Below, piece after piece: positions 20,995 through 32,127 of a DNA stretch of 64,000 nucleotides. The stretch is from Nematocida ausubeli (taxonomy: Eukaryota). Under the pieces are notes generated by a model that saw only the letters and a list, made by a program, of their open reading frames with translations, did not search any database and was not told the origin of the DNA. The translations under genes were made by a program, and so were the position numbers. The stretch covers positions 208,882 through 272,881 of the forward strand of contig NW_026515638.1 in the NCBI RefSeq assembly GCF_000738915.1, in the 5' to 3' direction. Position 1 is the stretch's first letter, and each line of letters begins with the position of its first letter.

Positions 20995-21833
20995 AAAAAT
21001 AAACCAGGCTGCTGAATAAAAACTGAAATGACAGAGTGACTATTCCTTCTGGGTGTGAATCTATTTTAATGTGGATAGGGGATCTATTTCATGAATATCT
21101 TCCAGATTATCTTAGTAAAGGATCTTTTACTCATTGAGATTGACAGTTTTTACTGTAAGATTAGAGTGAATTTTCTGTTGGAAATATATGAAATATTTCT
21201 AGTCTACAGTTTATATGAGGTATTAGACTACTATCCCACAGTAAATATAGGTTTAACTGTGATTCCTGGATATTTCTATCTTGCATAGTATTTCTTACAG
21301 ATTTAATCTATCCCAGGAATCAGTTAAAATGCAGCCTAATACTAGTACAACTGCCTAGTAGAGTGTACTAGTGTAAAATACTGTTATAATTAGTCTATTA
21401 AGTCATATTTCATTAAGAATATTTCAGACTTAAATTTCCCTTTGGATGAGAATAACTGAGAGAAAGTTCATGAAGGAGGCATCTGTATACAGGAAGGAAT
21501 GAATTTACTGAAAATATTTATTAAAGTAACAAGGATTCTATTGGTCTTTTTATGCATCTCTTCTTCTGTTTCTACAGTATCTTGCATCTTCCTTGGTTTT
21601 ATCCATAAATTCAAGGTGTTTTTCATCTACCTTTTCTCTTGATATTTTTCAGTCAGAACTATCTCTCTGAAATTATCAAGAAATTCCATTGTAATAATAG
21701 GATTAGTTCTATGCTACTGGAAATTCTTCTAGAGTGACACTTTCCCAGTGACTTAAATAATTGATCCATTCTGCATAGTTTCCATTGAACTACTTTATTC
21801 ATTGACTATTGGTGGGTACAGTGCTGTGGTGTT

Positions 21834-22082
21834 TTAACTGGAAGACTTCTTTTCAATGTGATCAACCCAATCCGCGTAGACATCAATTGCTTGGGAAAGT
21901 CTGTTCGTAGTACATCGGTGAATTGCCTCGCAGAATGTGCATTTTGCAGTGCCTCTGTTCTTCGAGTTATCTATGCTGCATATGACAGTGTGCTCTCTGT
22001 TGCACTCCAGGCAAGAGAATCTTTTCTCTGCTCTGGCATTTGGGAGCTTTCTCTTGACTCTCTGTGCTTTCTTTCTGGCCAT
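21834..22082 (-). CDS. ELF1: Transcription elongation factor Elf1 (C4 zinc ribbon)
   Basis: MARKK basic N-terminus, FSCLECN...CTFC and AIDVYADWVD. ATG at 22082. Confidence 0.93.
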   Translation of the reverse strand: MARKKAQRVKRKLPNARAEKRFSCLECNREHTVICSIDNSKNRGTAKCTFCEAIHRCTTNRLSQAIDVYADWVDHIEKKSSS

Positions 22083-22107
22083 AAAAAGTTCAGATTTTCT
22101 TGTTTTT

Positions 22108-22521
22108 ATGGAGAAGTGTTTATTCTGTCGGATAATCCAGGGTGAGTTTGGGGATATTTTGTGTGAGACCCAGGAGCACATTGTAATTGCAGATATTAAT
22201 CCTATTACAACAGGACACCTACTTGTAATCCCAAAATATCATGCAGAACAACTAGATATTCTGCCAGATGCGTACTTGCAGGGTGGCCTAGTGCTCATCA
22301 AAAAGATAGTCTTGCAGTTGGGCTTAAAGAAGTATAATATACTGCAGAATAACGGACACCATCAGTCTGTGCACCATGTCCATTATCACATCATACCGTA
22401 TGACGAAGAGACACAAGAAGGAATTGACATAAATTTCACTGTCTCTGCCAGGGGGAAAGAAAGTCTTCCTGGGGTAATTGAGGAGTACAAGAAGAAATTG
22501 CAGGAAATATCGGAAAAATAA
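22108..22521 (+). CDS. HNT1: HIT family nucleotide hydrolase (Hint1/Hnt1)
   Basis: CLFCRII, DINPITTGHLLVIPKYH and QSVHHVHYHIIP (histidine triad). ATG at 22108. Confidence 0.95.
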   Translation: MEKCLFCRIIQGEFGDILCETQEHIVIADINPITTGHLLVIPKYHAEQLDILPDAYLQGGLVLIKKIVLQLGLKKYNILQNNGHHQSVHHVHYHIIPYDEETQEGIDINFTVSARGKESLPGVIEEYKKKLQEISEK

Positions 22522-22998
22522 GAATAAATTATTAAAGGTATTCTTATTATTATATTATTAGATTACGGTTACTGCAGTATCTTGTTGTGTACTGGTTGTT
22601 TATCTTGAATTTTCAGAGGGTTTTTTGTTGAAGTGTTTTATTTCTGAATATCTGGTGGAAATATTCTTTTGAAAGGGTATATTTATATGAAGGTGCTTAT
22701 GTGGTATATCTGAGTATTTTCCGGTGAATCTGAAATATATTTTACCATGAAGATATTTAGTGAATAGAACAAAGTGATGCAAAAATTTAAGAATATGAAG
22801 GTATATGAAAGATATAATTATAACAGGATGTACGCATGGTAGTATATGTGCACTCTGGAATAACTAAAAATATCAAGTTATACCCTCAGAGACAGTATAT
22901 TTAGTATATTCCAGATGGAATAATTGCATAGGATGCAAAACAAAGTGAAACGACAGAAATAAATAGACTGGAGACAAATACATGCATAAACACACAGG

Positions 22999-23739
22999 AT
23001 GAAGTACCAAAGAAGAAGCAGAAATATAAATGTTCTTTTTGCAGGAGCCTCAAACACAGGAAAAACTCAGTTCATTAAAACACTGGCAGGTGCTGATGTA
23101 GTTTCAGAAGGAGAAGTCTCAGAGCATCAGATATTCCTGAATGGAAATGGCATAAAAATAATAGACACAAGAGGATATGGTACAGACAAAAATACAGATG
23201 AAAAGATTAAAGCAATAGAAATTCTTGTTAAAAATAGTTATAAGAGGTTTCTAATGGAAGAAACCAAAATAAAAAGAGACCCTTTCATGGAGGACCCAAG
23301 GATTCATCTGATGGTACTATTTGCATCCCCAGCCAGCAAAGGCATGAAGGACTACGATATTGTTTTGCTGCGTCTTATGAATAACAAAGTGAACACGCTC
23401 ATTGTAATTCCAAAATGCGACTATTTCACACCAGAAGAACTTCAGCTGCAGAAACAAAAGATAGCAGACCTGCTTAAACTGAATAAAATAGATACATTTG
23501 GTGTGGAGGAAGATGAAGATGCGATTATCTATGGAGTATTTGGTGCAGAAAAAAACGTAATGAATAATACGTATAAAGAAAGAGTACTTCCCCATGGGAC
23601 TGCAGATATCACAAATGAGTCACACTCTGACTATGCTTCATTTGTTGAAATCCTTAGCACTGCACGGGAAGATCTTCTAGATCTAACACACGTGCATTTT
23701 TATGAAAATTACCGGAAATCCATGCTGAGTGAGCAGTAA
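22999..23739 (+). CDS. Septin (short, no C-terminal coiled coil)
   Basis: P-loop GASNTGKT, IIDTRGYG, DPRIHL, VIPKCD, HSDY and THVHFYENYR. Confidence 0.9.
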   Translation: MKYQRRSRNINVLFAGASNTGKTQFIKTLAGADVVSEGEVSEHQIFLNGNGIKIIDTRGYGTDKNTDEKIKAIEILVKNSYKRFLMEETKIKRDPFMEDPRIHLMVLFASPASKGMKDYDIVLLRLMNNKVNTLIVIPKCDYFTPEELQLQKQKIADLLKLNKIDTFGVEEDEDAIIYGVFGAEKNVMNNTYKERVLPHGTADITNESHSDYASFVEILSTAREDLLDLTHVHFYENYRKSMLSEQ

Positions 23740-24236
23740 ATTAGTGCATATTCTATCTGCATATTCATCGTATATTGGAGTGTATTCGGGTTATATGCTT
23801 TCTTTTGTGAATCCATCCATTCACATTGCACTGAATATTCTACCTTCTACTTCTGTACTTTCTGGTACTTTCGTCTTAGCACACCAGACAAGCCAGAAAT
23901 CTCCCCATGGATGGATCTTTGCAAGAAATAAATATCAAGTGGATTATACGCAATAATATTCATATTTACAGCAGGATTCTAGCTGAAAAGTAAATTAATT
24001 TCAGAAATATTTTCATTTATGGAGTACATAAATAACCTGAATTCATTAATTTAACCTAGGACTGGTCTACAAGAATACTTTACTACCTAATATACCCATA
24101 CCACAGGAATATTTATACTTCACTTTCAGTTGACTCAGATTTATTCTGGTTTATTTTTGAAAATATGCTTAAATTAAAGTTCTCTGTAAGGGGAAGCAAG
24201 TGCGTACTTTTATGAAAATGTTTTGCTAATTTTTTT

Positions 24237-25361
24237 ATGGACACTGTCGTAGTAGTCTTTGAAAGACTTTCGGCCCTATCATTAAAAAGCCTATCAAAGC
24301 ATGCAAGAAATCTTCTGTTTCCTCTTCGAATATTTCCTGTGCAGATGGAAAATGCCAAAATAATAAAGAGATGGGCACTTACAAAAACTGATAAAGACTA
24401 TGAATTTGTTGAAAAGGAGGAAAGATGCGAAACTCTGAAGTCTTTCATTGAGCAGCTCAGAATAAATGTGTGCATGGTTTTTGTGGACACAGTGGAAGAA
24501 ATGCCTGAAAAATGGCACTTTCACATTGACACAATGGAGAATATAATGCGTGTATCCATGCAGAACACTGTCCTGGAGAGGCTTGAAGTAAAGGATACTG
24601 CTTCTAGTATCCTGCAGGCCTCAAATATTTTCTTCAAACGGTCGATTATTTCTCTCATTGGGATTCGAATTAAAAATAAGAGTGGAAAGAAGGAGACTGT
24701 AGACATCTCCATAGGACTTGATAAGACAGAATATCCTCTTCCTTCGGAAATGTCCATGGTGCTGGCACAGCCAACTGGAATTCTTGTGCATGGCTCGCAC
24801 GCAATAATTGACAGCAAACTGCTTCTTAAAGTTCTTTCGAAAAACAGTCTGTTCTTCTGTGGATATGCACCCGGGATATTCCTTAAGCTGGATTTGGTGC
24901 TTGACCGGCCAGTAGCAAATATTTACAGAGGCACAGATTCCATTACTATTTTGGACTCTTCACTTCCCTTTATGAAGAGACACTTTCTGCAGGAATACAT
25001 CTCTCATCTTCTGAGGAAGTTCGGAGAAGACATTCGGGCTCTTGTGAGCATATTCTCTGAAAAAACAGAAAAGAAAGACATGGAAGGAATGTTATTGGAA
25101 GAAATGAAGCGCATTCGGATGATGTCCATTGAGAGAAAGAACCGACTTCTCTTGGGGATGTGTGATATCCTGAGTACGCTGCACTTTAAGGAATATGACC
25201 CCAGGCACAATATCCTTGCAAGTATGCACATAATATATGCAGACATAATAAAAAAGCAGAAAATTGAAGGTGTTGATGCCCCAATTTGCATGCACCTTCC
25301 GCCCACCAGAACTGCCCCGTCTTCTTCCCTGCACTGTCTTCTAAAGGGTATTGAAATGTAG
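24237..25361 (+). CDS. Hypothetical protein (374 aa)
   Basis: Long ORF with globular-looking composition, preceded by a T-tract like other genes here. Confidence 0.75.
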   Translation: MDTVVVVFERLSALSLKSLSKHARNLLFPLRIFPVQMENAKIIKRWALTKTDKDYEFVEKEERCETLKSFIEQLRINVCMVFVDTVEEMPEKWHFHIDTMENIMRVSMQNTVLERLEVKDTASSILQASNIFFKRSIISLIGIRIKNKSGKKETVDISIGLDKTEYPLPSEMSMVLAQPTGILVHGSHAIIDSKLLLKVLSKNSLFFCGYAPGIFLKLDLVLDRPVANIYRGTDSITILDSSLPFMKRHFLQEYISHLLRKFGEDIRALVSIFSEKTEKKDMEGMLLEEMKRIRMMSIERKNRLLLGMCDILSTLHFKEYDPRHNILASMHIIYADIIKKQKIEGVDAPICMHLPPTRTAPSSSLHCLLKGIEM

Positions 25362-25527
25362 CCCTTTCCTGGCTTGAAATTATAATAAACTGAATTATGT
25401 GAGTTTTTAACTATTTTCCCATCCTCTCAAGTATTTTTGTGATTTCAGATGATAATTTGAAAAGTCTCCAGGAAATCCATAAAAAGAAAAAAGATACACG
25501 TTTATCTTGCAAAGCATCGATTTTTTT

Positions 25528-26217
25528 ATGAAAATAATTTGTGTCGCAAGCGGAAAGGGCGGTGTTGGAAAGTCAACAGTCGCCTTTCTTCTGGCAAAGC
25601 AGGCCAGCAAGACGCACAGAACCATTCTGCTGGATTTTGACATATGCGGGCCAAGCGTAGGAGTGCTTATGGACCATACAACAGAGAAAGTCATCATGCA
25701 GGAAAAAGGCTTCAAACCCATCCAAAAAACAGAAAGACTTTTCTATCTAAGCATTGCAGCCATGATCCCAAGTACATCCGCAGTTGTATGGAGGGCACCA
25801 AAAAAACTGTCACTTCTTAAGCTATTCATGGAGAGCGTGTCCCCTGCAGAGTATGACTATGTTATTATAGACATGCCCCCGGGTGTAACCGATGAACACG
25901 ACTTTATTTGCGAAAGTGTGCCAGAAGCAGAAATCCTGATTGTAACAACATCCCAGAACATGGCACTTGATGAAGCAGCAGAATCCATAAGAATGTTTCA
26001 GACCCGGGGCATGCATGTCCTCGGTCTCATTGAGAATATGCGAACTCTTAGGTGCCCAAACTGCCAAAATTGCATTTCAATGTTTTCAAAGAAAGGAGGC
26101 GAATTGCTTGCAGAAGATATGTCCATTAGGTACTTAGGACACCTAGACTACGTCTGCGATATTGACTCACAAGAAAATCCAGCAGTTTCAGATTTAATGC
26201 AGAAAATACTGCTTTGA
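25528..26217 (+). CDS. CFD1: Cytosolic Fe-S scaffold P-loop NTPase Cfd1 (Mrp/Nbp35 family)
   Basis: SGKGGVGKST, DFDICGPS, VVWRAPKK, DMPPGVTDEH and GLIENM...CPNC. It lacks the N-terminal ferredoxin-like Cys motif of Nbp35. ATG at 25528. Confidence 0.88.
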   Translation: MKIICVASGKGGVGKSTVAFLLAKQASKTHRTILLDFDICGPSVGVLMDHTTEKVIMQEKGFKPIQKTERLFYLSIAAMIPSTSAVVWRAPKKLSLLKLFMESVSPAEYDYVIIDMPPGVTDEHDFICESVPEAEILIVTTSQNMALDEAAESIRMFQTRGMHVLGLIENMRTLRCPNCQNCISMFSKKGGELLAEDMSIRYLGHLDYVCDIDSQENPAVSDLMQKILL

Positions 26218-27016
26218 ATCCGTAAGCATAGAAGGATTCGGGTTATATCGGGTTATTTACAGTATAAATATATGTGGATATTCTGGTGGAATATGGATAT
26301 ATAACCAGGCTATAACAGTAATAACAGTAATAACGGGAATATTTAACAGAAGAAATTAAATTATTCAAATAAATTCCAGTTTAAATTAGTCTATAATATC
26401 TTATACCTAAAGTAACCAAATAGGAACAATATTTTAGCCAGAAGATACCAATATAAAGGTAGATAGTTTATATTTCTATAAGTGCCTTTGGTGACTGTGA
26501 TTTTTTTGTCTTTTGTTGGATATTTCTTACTATTGTCACGTTCTATCTCTATTAATATTTCCATATAACTTAGTAGTAGTCTCCTGATATACGAAGAATC
26601 TTCTGGAAAGTGAATAGTAATGAGAGATTTCACCAAAATATCTCAAGATATTTGGTTTTATTAAGGGGCCAGTAGATGCGTATATCTGGATATCTTGAAG
26701 ACAAAAATAAAAGCACAAATTAAAGCAAATTTCATTTGGTCGCGTACTCTGTTATGTTTATTCATTTGAGTGAATATCCTGCATGTGTACTCCAAATACA
26801 CAAATATTCCTATAGGAATATCTCTTGTGAAACTCTCTCTTTTTATTACGGACAAGACTCTCTGACAGATCTTGTCACCCTACTGGTTTTACATTATTCC
26901 GGGTGCATCTGACTGTTAGAAATAGTCTATCCCCGCATCCATGCACTCTTGCAGATATAACTGAATCTATTGCGATGCATTTCTATTGTAAAACTACTGC
27001 TGTTCTCCTGGGGTAT

Positions 27017-28210
27017 TCATGTGGTAAGCTGGAATGACCAGATGCTTAGGGCATTTGAGAGTTCTTCCGTGTTAAATGCCACTATTCCTTTGATTTCACT
27101 TTGCACAGCATCAATTGCGGCCAGAAGTTTCTTTCTCTGGCTTACTTCCATGCGCCAAATAACTCGGGCTAATTTCTTGACAATTTCCCGGGAGCCATTG
27201 ACACTCACAAGGGCCCTGTTGTAGATTGTCCTGCTGTACAGGTAGAAATATATTTTGTGCGAGATATTTGCAGATATGTCATCCTTCAGAATTGAGAGAT
27301 TCTTTCTTCCCTCAAATAACAGAATCTGAGGCAGCTTCTTTGTGGATTTCTGTGAAATTACGATCTCACGGGTTCTCTGCTGCTTTGTCACAGCAGCCAC
27401 CATCTTGCTTGTCTCTTCCAGTAGGTCTAATATGTATCCCATTATAATCTCACTATTATGCAGGCCGCATCCTTTGTCATTTGAGGTTTCCTCATAGTTC
27501 CTGAGCACAATGTAGTTCTCCAAGCTGAAATAACGGTTTTTCTCAGAAAGAATTTCTACATCCCGCGTAAAGTGGTTTATATTGTATACGTAAGCATGAA
27601 TAATTGCAGCCAGAAGGATATATGCTAATAATCCATCAAATGCACACCCTATCCCTTGCATGAATGAGACACCAAATAGACCCAGGCACCAAACCTCAGC
27701 AGCAAACCCTAAGACAAGACCAACCACTCGGTCGATCCTAATCTGCCAGATAATATGCCTAATTAAGCCACAATCCCTGAAGTAGTCTGCATCTATTTGT
27801 GTTATATCTTTGTACAGGATCGATGCAACTATCATGGACTGCATGAAAATATGGCCCATTGCACTTTGCTGCATCTCCCCATGCACCCGCCCACTCATAA
27901 ACACCAAGACCCCAATAAGCCCATTTACAATGATAAATTGGCACAAGAATATTCCTATGTGATTTATCCTATTTTTAGTCCATAACCTAATAAGCATATA
28001 ATGCATGTACGTGAAAACATTCACAAGCAATAAAACTGCCCAATTTACATCAATTATATACACAGGCTTCTTCATGATCAACCAGAAAAAATAAACAATC
28101 CCATTCATTCGCCACAGGTGCATCACTGCCACCATGTACCCAAATAATAAAATTGCACCTCCTGTCACACATCTACTTATCTTTTTGCTGCTGTCGTAAG
28201 TCTTCTTCAT
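27017..28210 (-). CDS. Membrane protein with about 6 N-terminal TM helices and a soluble helical C-terminus (possibly Ndc1-like)
   Basis: 397 aa ORF. The topology resembles the pore-membrane nucleoporin Ndc1, but motif support is weak. Confidence 0.65.
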   Translation of the reverse strand: MKKTYDSSKKISRCVTGGAILLFGYMVAVMHLWRMNGIVYFFWLIMKKPVYIIDVNWAVLLLVNVFTYMHYMLIRLWTKNRINHIGIFLCQFIIVNGLIGVLVFMSGRVHGEMQQSAMGHIFMQSMIVASILYKDITQIDADYFRDCGLIRHIIWQIRIDRVVGLVLGFAAEVWCLGLFGVSFMQGIGCAFDGLLAYILLAAIIHAYVYNINHFTRDVEILSEKNRYFSLENYIVLRNYEETSNDKGCGLHNSEIIMGYILDLLEETSKMVAAVTKQQRTREIVISQKSTKKLPQILLFEGRKNLSILKDDISANISHKIYFYLYSRTIYNRALVSVNGSREIVKKLARVIWRMEVSQRKKLLAAIDAVQSEIKGIVAFNTEELSNALSIWSFQLTT

Positions 28211-28252
28211 GAATAAATTTGACGTAAAGTTTTTTTATAAACTCGCCTATAT

Positions 28253-28870
28253 ATGGCACACGCTTACGAAAAAAGATGCACGAATTGCAGGCATAAAATC
28301 CAGCAAATAGTAAAACTATCAGAAGGAACTAATAATTTACGACATGCATTATGTCCTAACTGCAATAATATAGCAGATAAATATGCAATATCCAGGTGCA
28401 CCTTATACAGTGACTTATTTTTATTCAAAACAGAAGCATATATGCACCTTGTATTCAACTCACAAGGAAGTCACTTAGAAAGAGTACTTTTAATAAGAAT
28501 GATAATCCTTCTGATAAATACATTAGATAGATCGATCTACTTCTCACTCCCTGATGTACTCATATCGATTACTGCACAAGTATCTGAGATTATAATTACA
28601 ATTTTATTCCTCCATAGATCTATGCCCTTCAGGAGAATACTCCATGTGACAACAGTTCTCTCCGTATTCTCCCTTGTGAAACCGTTTATTTTTCTGGCTA
28701 GTCACCCAATTTCCAGTACATATTACCAAATGTGCAATATCCTTGGGTATATGATGCTCTCAAAGGCACTCTCTGTCTATTTATTATGGAATACTCAGAC
28801 TGTTTTGACTTTCTTGGTTGTACTCCGTATAACAACTGGTTTTGTCTTCTATGGAGACGTACAAATTTAA
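28253..28870 (+). CDS. ARV1: Arv1 family lipid/sterol homeostasis protein
   Basis: CTNC...CPNCNNIADKY...DLFLFKTEAYMHLVFN (Arv1 homology domain) followed by TM segments. Confidence 0.85.
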   Translation: MAHAYEKRCTNCRHKIQQIVKLSEGTNNLRHALCPNCNNIADKYAISRCTLYSDLFLFKTEAYMHLVFNSQGSHLERVLLIRMIILLINTLDRSIYFSLPDVLISITAQVSEIIITILFLHRSMPFRRILHVTTVLSVFSLVKPFIFLASHPISSTYYQMCNILGYMMLSKALSVYLLWNTQTVLTFLVVLRITTGFVFYGDVQI

Positions 28871-28893
28871 TTTCTGTTTCAAAATATTTTAAC

Positions 28894-29664
28894 ATGGAAG
28901 ACTCAACTCTAATTTCAGTCTCAGCGGGTGTTTTATTCGTATTTACATTACTCTTCTCGTACGCCTACAAAGTAATCATGCCCTACATGAAAGGATACAC
29001 ATATATAAAGTGCTTGACTGGGGGATTTATTATTGGAATTATTCTTATAGAAGTACTCCCAGATATTTACGAAACAAAAAGTGCTGTTCCCATAATTGCC
29101 ACAGGACTATCATTCTTCTTGCTATTTGCGATTAGCAAACTATACATAGAGAGGGTTGAAGCCACTGAGCAAGATTCTATCCCAGATGGAGCCAGCAAGC
29201 AAGAAGCCCTTGTCTTTATTTTAGCCCTTAGTCTGCACTCCTTCATGGAGGGCCTGGGTGTCTCCAGTAAGAAGGGAACACAATTACTATGGTACATTAT
29301 AAGTATACTTGTGCATAAGTGGCTGGAGGCAATTGTCTTAGGGGCTTCTGTTCTTACGTCTAAACTCCCTAGTCATGTGGCATTCTGTCTAATCCTGCTG
29401 TATTCATCACTCACTTCAATTGGCTCTTTATTGGGTAGGTTCCTTTCCTCAGATAGCACCAATAGCATGCTCACACTAATCCTTAATGGAATAGCAGCAG
29501 GAAGCTTCTTCTACATTGGATTTGTAGAGATGGTTGGTAATGAATTTGAGACTTCTTCCGGGAAATTAACAAGAAGGAAGACATTCAAAAAGATCCTTTC
29601 AATGTTCATTGGTTTCTCCTTCATCACATCAGTTATTATGGGCGCACATGCAATCGAGGGGTAG
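28894..29664 (+). CDS. ZIP family metal transporter (His-poor paralog)
   Basis: ALSLHSFMEGLG, HKWLEA and GIAAGSFFYIGFVEM; about 8 TM. ATG at 28894. Confidence 0.92.
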   Translation: MEDSTLISVSAGVLFVFTLLFSYAYKVIMPYMKGYTYIKCLTGGFIIGIILIEVLPDIYETKSAVPIIATGLSFFLLFAISKLYIERVEATEQDSIPDGASKQEALVFILALSLHSFMEGLGVSSKKGTQLLWYIISILVHKWLEAIVLGASVLTSKLPSHVAFCLILLYSSLTSIGSLLGRFLSSDSTNSMLTLILNGIAAGSFFYIGFVEMVGNEFETSSGKLTRRKTFKKILSMFIGFSFITSVIMGAHAIEG

Positions 29665-29698
29665 GTGGTTAAATAAATTGGAAAATATTTTATTTCGC

Positions 29699-30784
29699 AT
29701 GGAAAACTTCGGGCCAGTCAGCATGGCATTGATAATATTCGGGGTCTCATTTGCTCCCAGCTTACTTCCTTCTGTACTTCTTGCTTCTAAAAGGCTTAAA
29801 AATATCTATGACAAGGCAAGCATAGTATCTGCTGGTCTATTACTAGCCATTTTATTCGTTGACTTCATGCCGCACTTGGTGAATGGAGGGTGCAGTCACA
29901 CGCATGAAGTAAATCATGAAGCACCAGGCATTGGGGCAGTCATAGGACACACCCACAGTCACTCACATGGACACGGGTGCAGTCACTCACACGGTAATGG
30001 GTGGGAGGAAAAAGTCAGAGCATTTAATCCGGGTCTTGTCATAGCAGGACTCACTTTGATCAGTCTTATAATTATAGACCAAAGGGTAATAAAGCACGCA
30101 CATTGCAACAAGGAAAGAACCCCTGAGAAAGCTGAATCTGGTGAGATTTTACATTCACATTCCCATGTAGATGTACACGCAGGACACTCACACGGGACAG
30201 TTAGACACGAAGGACACCCTCATGTGGAGCACTTGCATGCCTCTGAGCTAAATAATATTCTGGCAGAAAGACAAGTTGAAGAGACAGAGAAGAGTGCACA
30301 TGAGATAAAGGGCTGCTGTACGGATGGCTTGAAATATAAGACAACCGTAAAGCAAGCACTCATTTTTATCTTTATATTCTCTATTCACTCCATATTTGAA
30401 GGATTTGCATTTACGCCTGGACAAAAGGGCACTTCTACTCTGTTCATTGGCCTGGCAGTCCATAAGGTCCTGGAGTCTATTACAGTGGGAATTGCCTTGT
30501 TCTCTTCTCAGTTCAGTAAGAAGGTGGCTGTAGGTCTATTATTTGTGTACTCTTCCCTTACACCAATTGGTATGGTATCTGCATATCTTATCTCACACGT
30601 GATTAACTCATGGATTATCCGAGATATTTTCAATGGGATATCCTTTGGGAGTCTGTCATTTATTGTCTTAGTGGAGATGCTTCCTCCAATTGTGCACTCA
30701 CTAACGACAGGCATGAAAATATTCTACCTTCTGTGCGGATACGCAGTTGGTGCAGTGTTCATTAGCATGGCACATGCCCATTAA
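29699..30784 (+). CDS. ZIP family metal transporter (His-rich paralog)
   Basis: FSIHSIFEGFA, HKVLES, SSLTPIG and GSLSFIVLVEM; two His-rich loops. ATG at 29699. Confidence 0.93.
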   Translation: MENFGPVSMALIIFGVSFAPSLLPSVLLASKRLKNIYDKASIVSAGLLLAILFVDFMPHLVNGGCSHTHEVNHEAPGIGAVIGHTHSHSHGHGCSHSHGNGWEEKVRAFNPGLVIAGLTLISLIIIDQRVIKHAHCNKERTPEKAESGEILHSHSHVDVHAGHSHGTVRHEGHPHVEHLHASELNNILAERQVEETEKSAHEIKGCCTDGLKYKTTVKQALIFIFIFSIHSIFEGFAFTPGQKGTSTLFIGLAVHKVLESITVGIALFSSQFSKKVAVGLLFVYSSLTPIGMVSAYLISHVINSWIIRDIFNGISFGSLSFIVLVEMLPPIVHSLTTGMKIFYLLCGYAVGAVFISMAHAH

Positions 30785-31320
30785 GAATAGACCACATACA
30801 GTAGCTATTACTGCAGCTGATTGGTTAGTGAATTCGGGTTATCCGGGTGCATGCAGTTTGGTCTCCAGTGAGAACTAAATAAGACAGGACCCAGGTATAA
30901 CAGAATACAGATTTATCTGGGATTATCTACCAGATATAAAGTACCCTTCTACTAACATAAAATATAGCTTGTCCCTTGTGCACTGTTATTCATATACATG
31001 TATAAAATGCAGTTCAATAAAGATAGTAGCTACTTATATTTCTGTCTTAAATTCACTAAATAGCTTATTGTACCGTACGTACTCGTTGAATTATGACTCA
31101 AATTATTTTAATTAACAAAGTACCCGAACCCGGGGATATTCATATTCTCCTAGTAATCTTGGAATATTCTTTCTCTTTGTATTTACATTGGGATTTATCT
31201 GTGTATTGGAATGTGCTGAGAATGTGGCAGTCTTGGAGTGGACTGGATTGGAGACCATTTGACTGAGTGGACTGTAAATTCATAATTAATGGATATAAAG
31301 ATAGTGCTGGATTTATTTTT

Positions 31321-32127
31321 ATGTATATCCGGAAGGAGTTGTTAAATATACGGAAAAGTAAAGATATTAGGCTTGCCGTGGTAGAACTCCAGAAAAAAGG
31401 AGAACTCTGTGGGTACCACCAAGGAATGATCTCTGCTGCCATAGGGATATTCTACAGGATAGCATGCTCTTTGTTCAAGCAAGGGAAAGTTCAGAAATTT
31501 GACAGTCTAGGGGCCCTTCTAATAGGTCTCTTAAACATATCAGAGAAACTCTCTGGTAGTCCCAGAAGGATCTCTAAGATAATTGCAGATATGCATATAA
31601 TAGCAGGGTACCAGTTTGATAATGAAGCTGTCACTAAAATATCTGTTGGGAATACGAGAATTATTTATTTTCAGCATGCTCAGAAGAACTTGTATAAAGA
31701 AGCATGTGCCCAGGCCTTGCTTCAGACAGAAGTGGTTATTTGCTCTCTTCTGCAATTTGACTTTTTGTTCATGGATATGCATGAGATCCTTTGGACAACT
31801 TTGAAGAAAAAGGGATATCTTCAAGAACAGATTAACTTAGCCTGGATTATACTCACAGATACACTGGCCCATCCCTTCTTGGAGTACTTCTCACCAGAGA
31901 TAATTTTAAAAACAGTTGAAAGAATTGCAATAAAACTCACAGGAGGGCAACCGCTGAAAGAAAAAGGTGAACCCCTAGAAGTGAATATTTTGGAGGAAGA
32001 GATATTGTACATATACACAAGTAATTGCAGGAAATATGAAAGAATTAAAAGCACAGAAAACACTCCGGATCTGGAGAAAGTTGATGCAAATGAAGCACGG
32101 GTGTGCAATCGCCTGAGTACAGTATGA
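31321..32127 (+). CDS. Transcription-type cyclin (cyclin K/T/L-like)
   Basis: Cyclin-box pattern AAIGIFYR...LLNISEKLSGSPRRISKII...TEVVICSLLQFDF...AWIILTDT...FSPEII. ATG at 31321. Confidence 0.75.
   Translation: MYIRKELLNIRKSKDIRLAVVELQKKGELCGYHQGMISAAIGIFYRIACSLFKQGKVQKFDSLGALLIGLLNISEKLSGSPRRISKIIADMHIIAGYQFDNEAVTKISVGNTRIIYFQHAQKNLYKEACAQALLQTEVVICSLLQFDFLFMDMHEILWTTLKKKGYLQEQINLAWIILTDTLAHPFLEYFSPEIILKTVERIAIKLTGGQPLKEKGEPLEVNILEEEILYIYTSNCRKYERIKSTENTPDLEKVDANEARVCNRLSTV

Noticed and set aside
21468..21690. Purine-rich - strand stretch resembling a broken ORF (MEFLDNF...stop...MKNTLNL)
   Set aside because: Short, interrupted and without recognisable homology; cannot support a pseudogene call.
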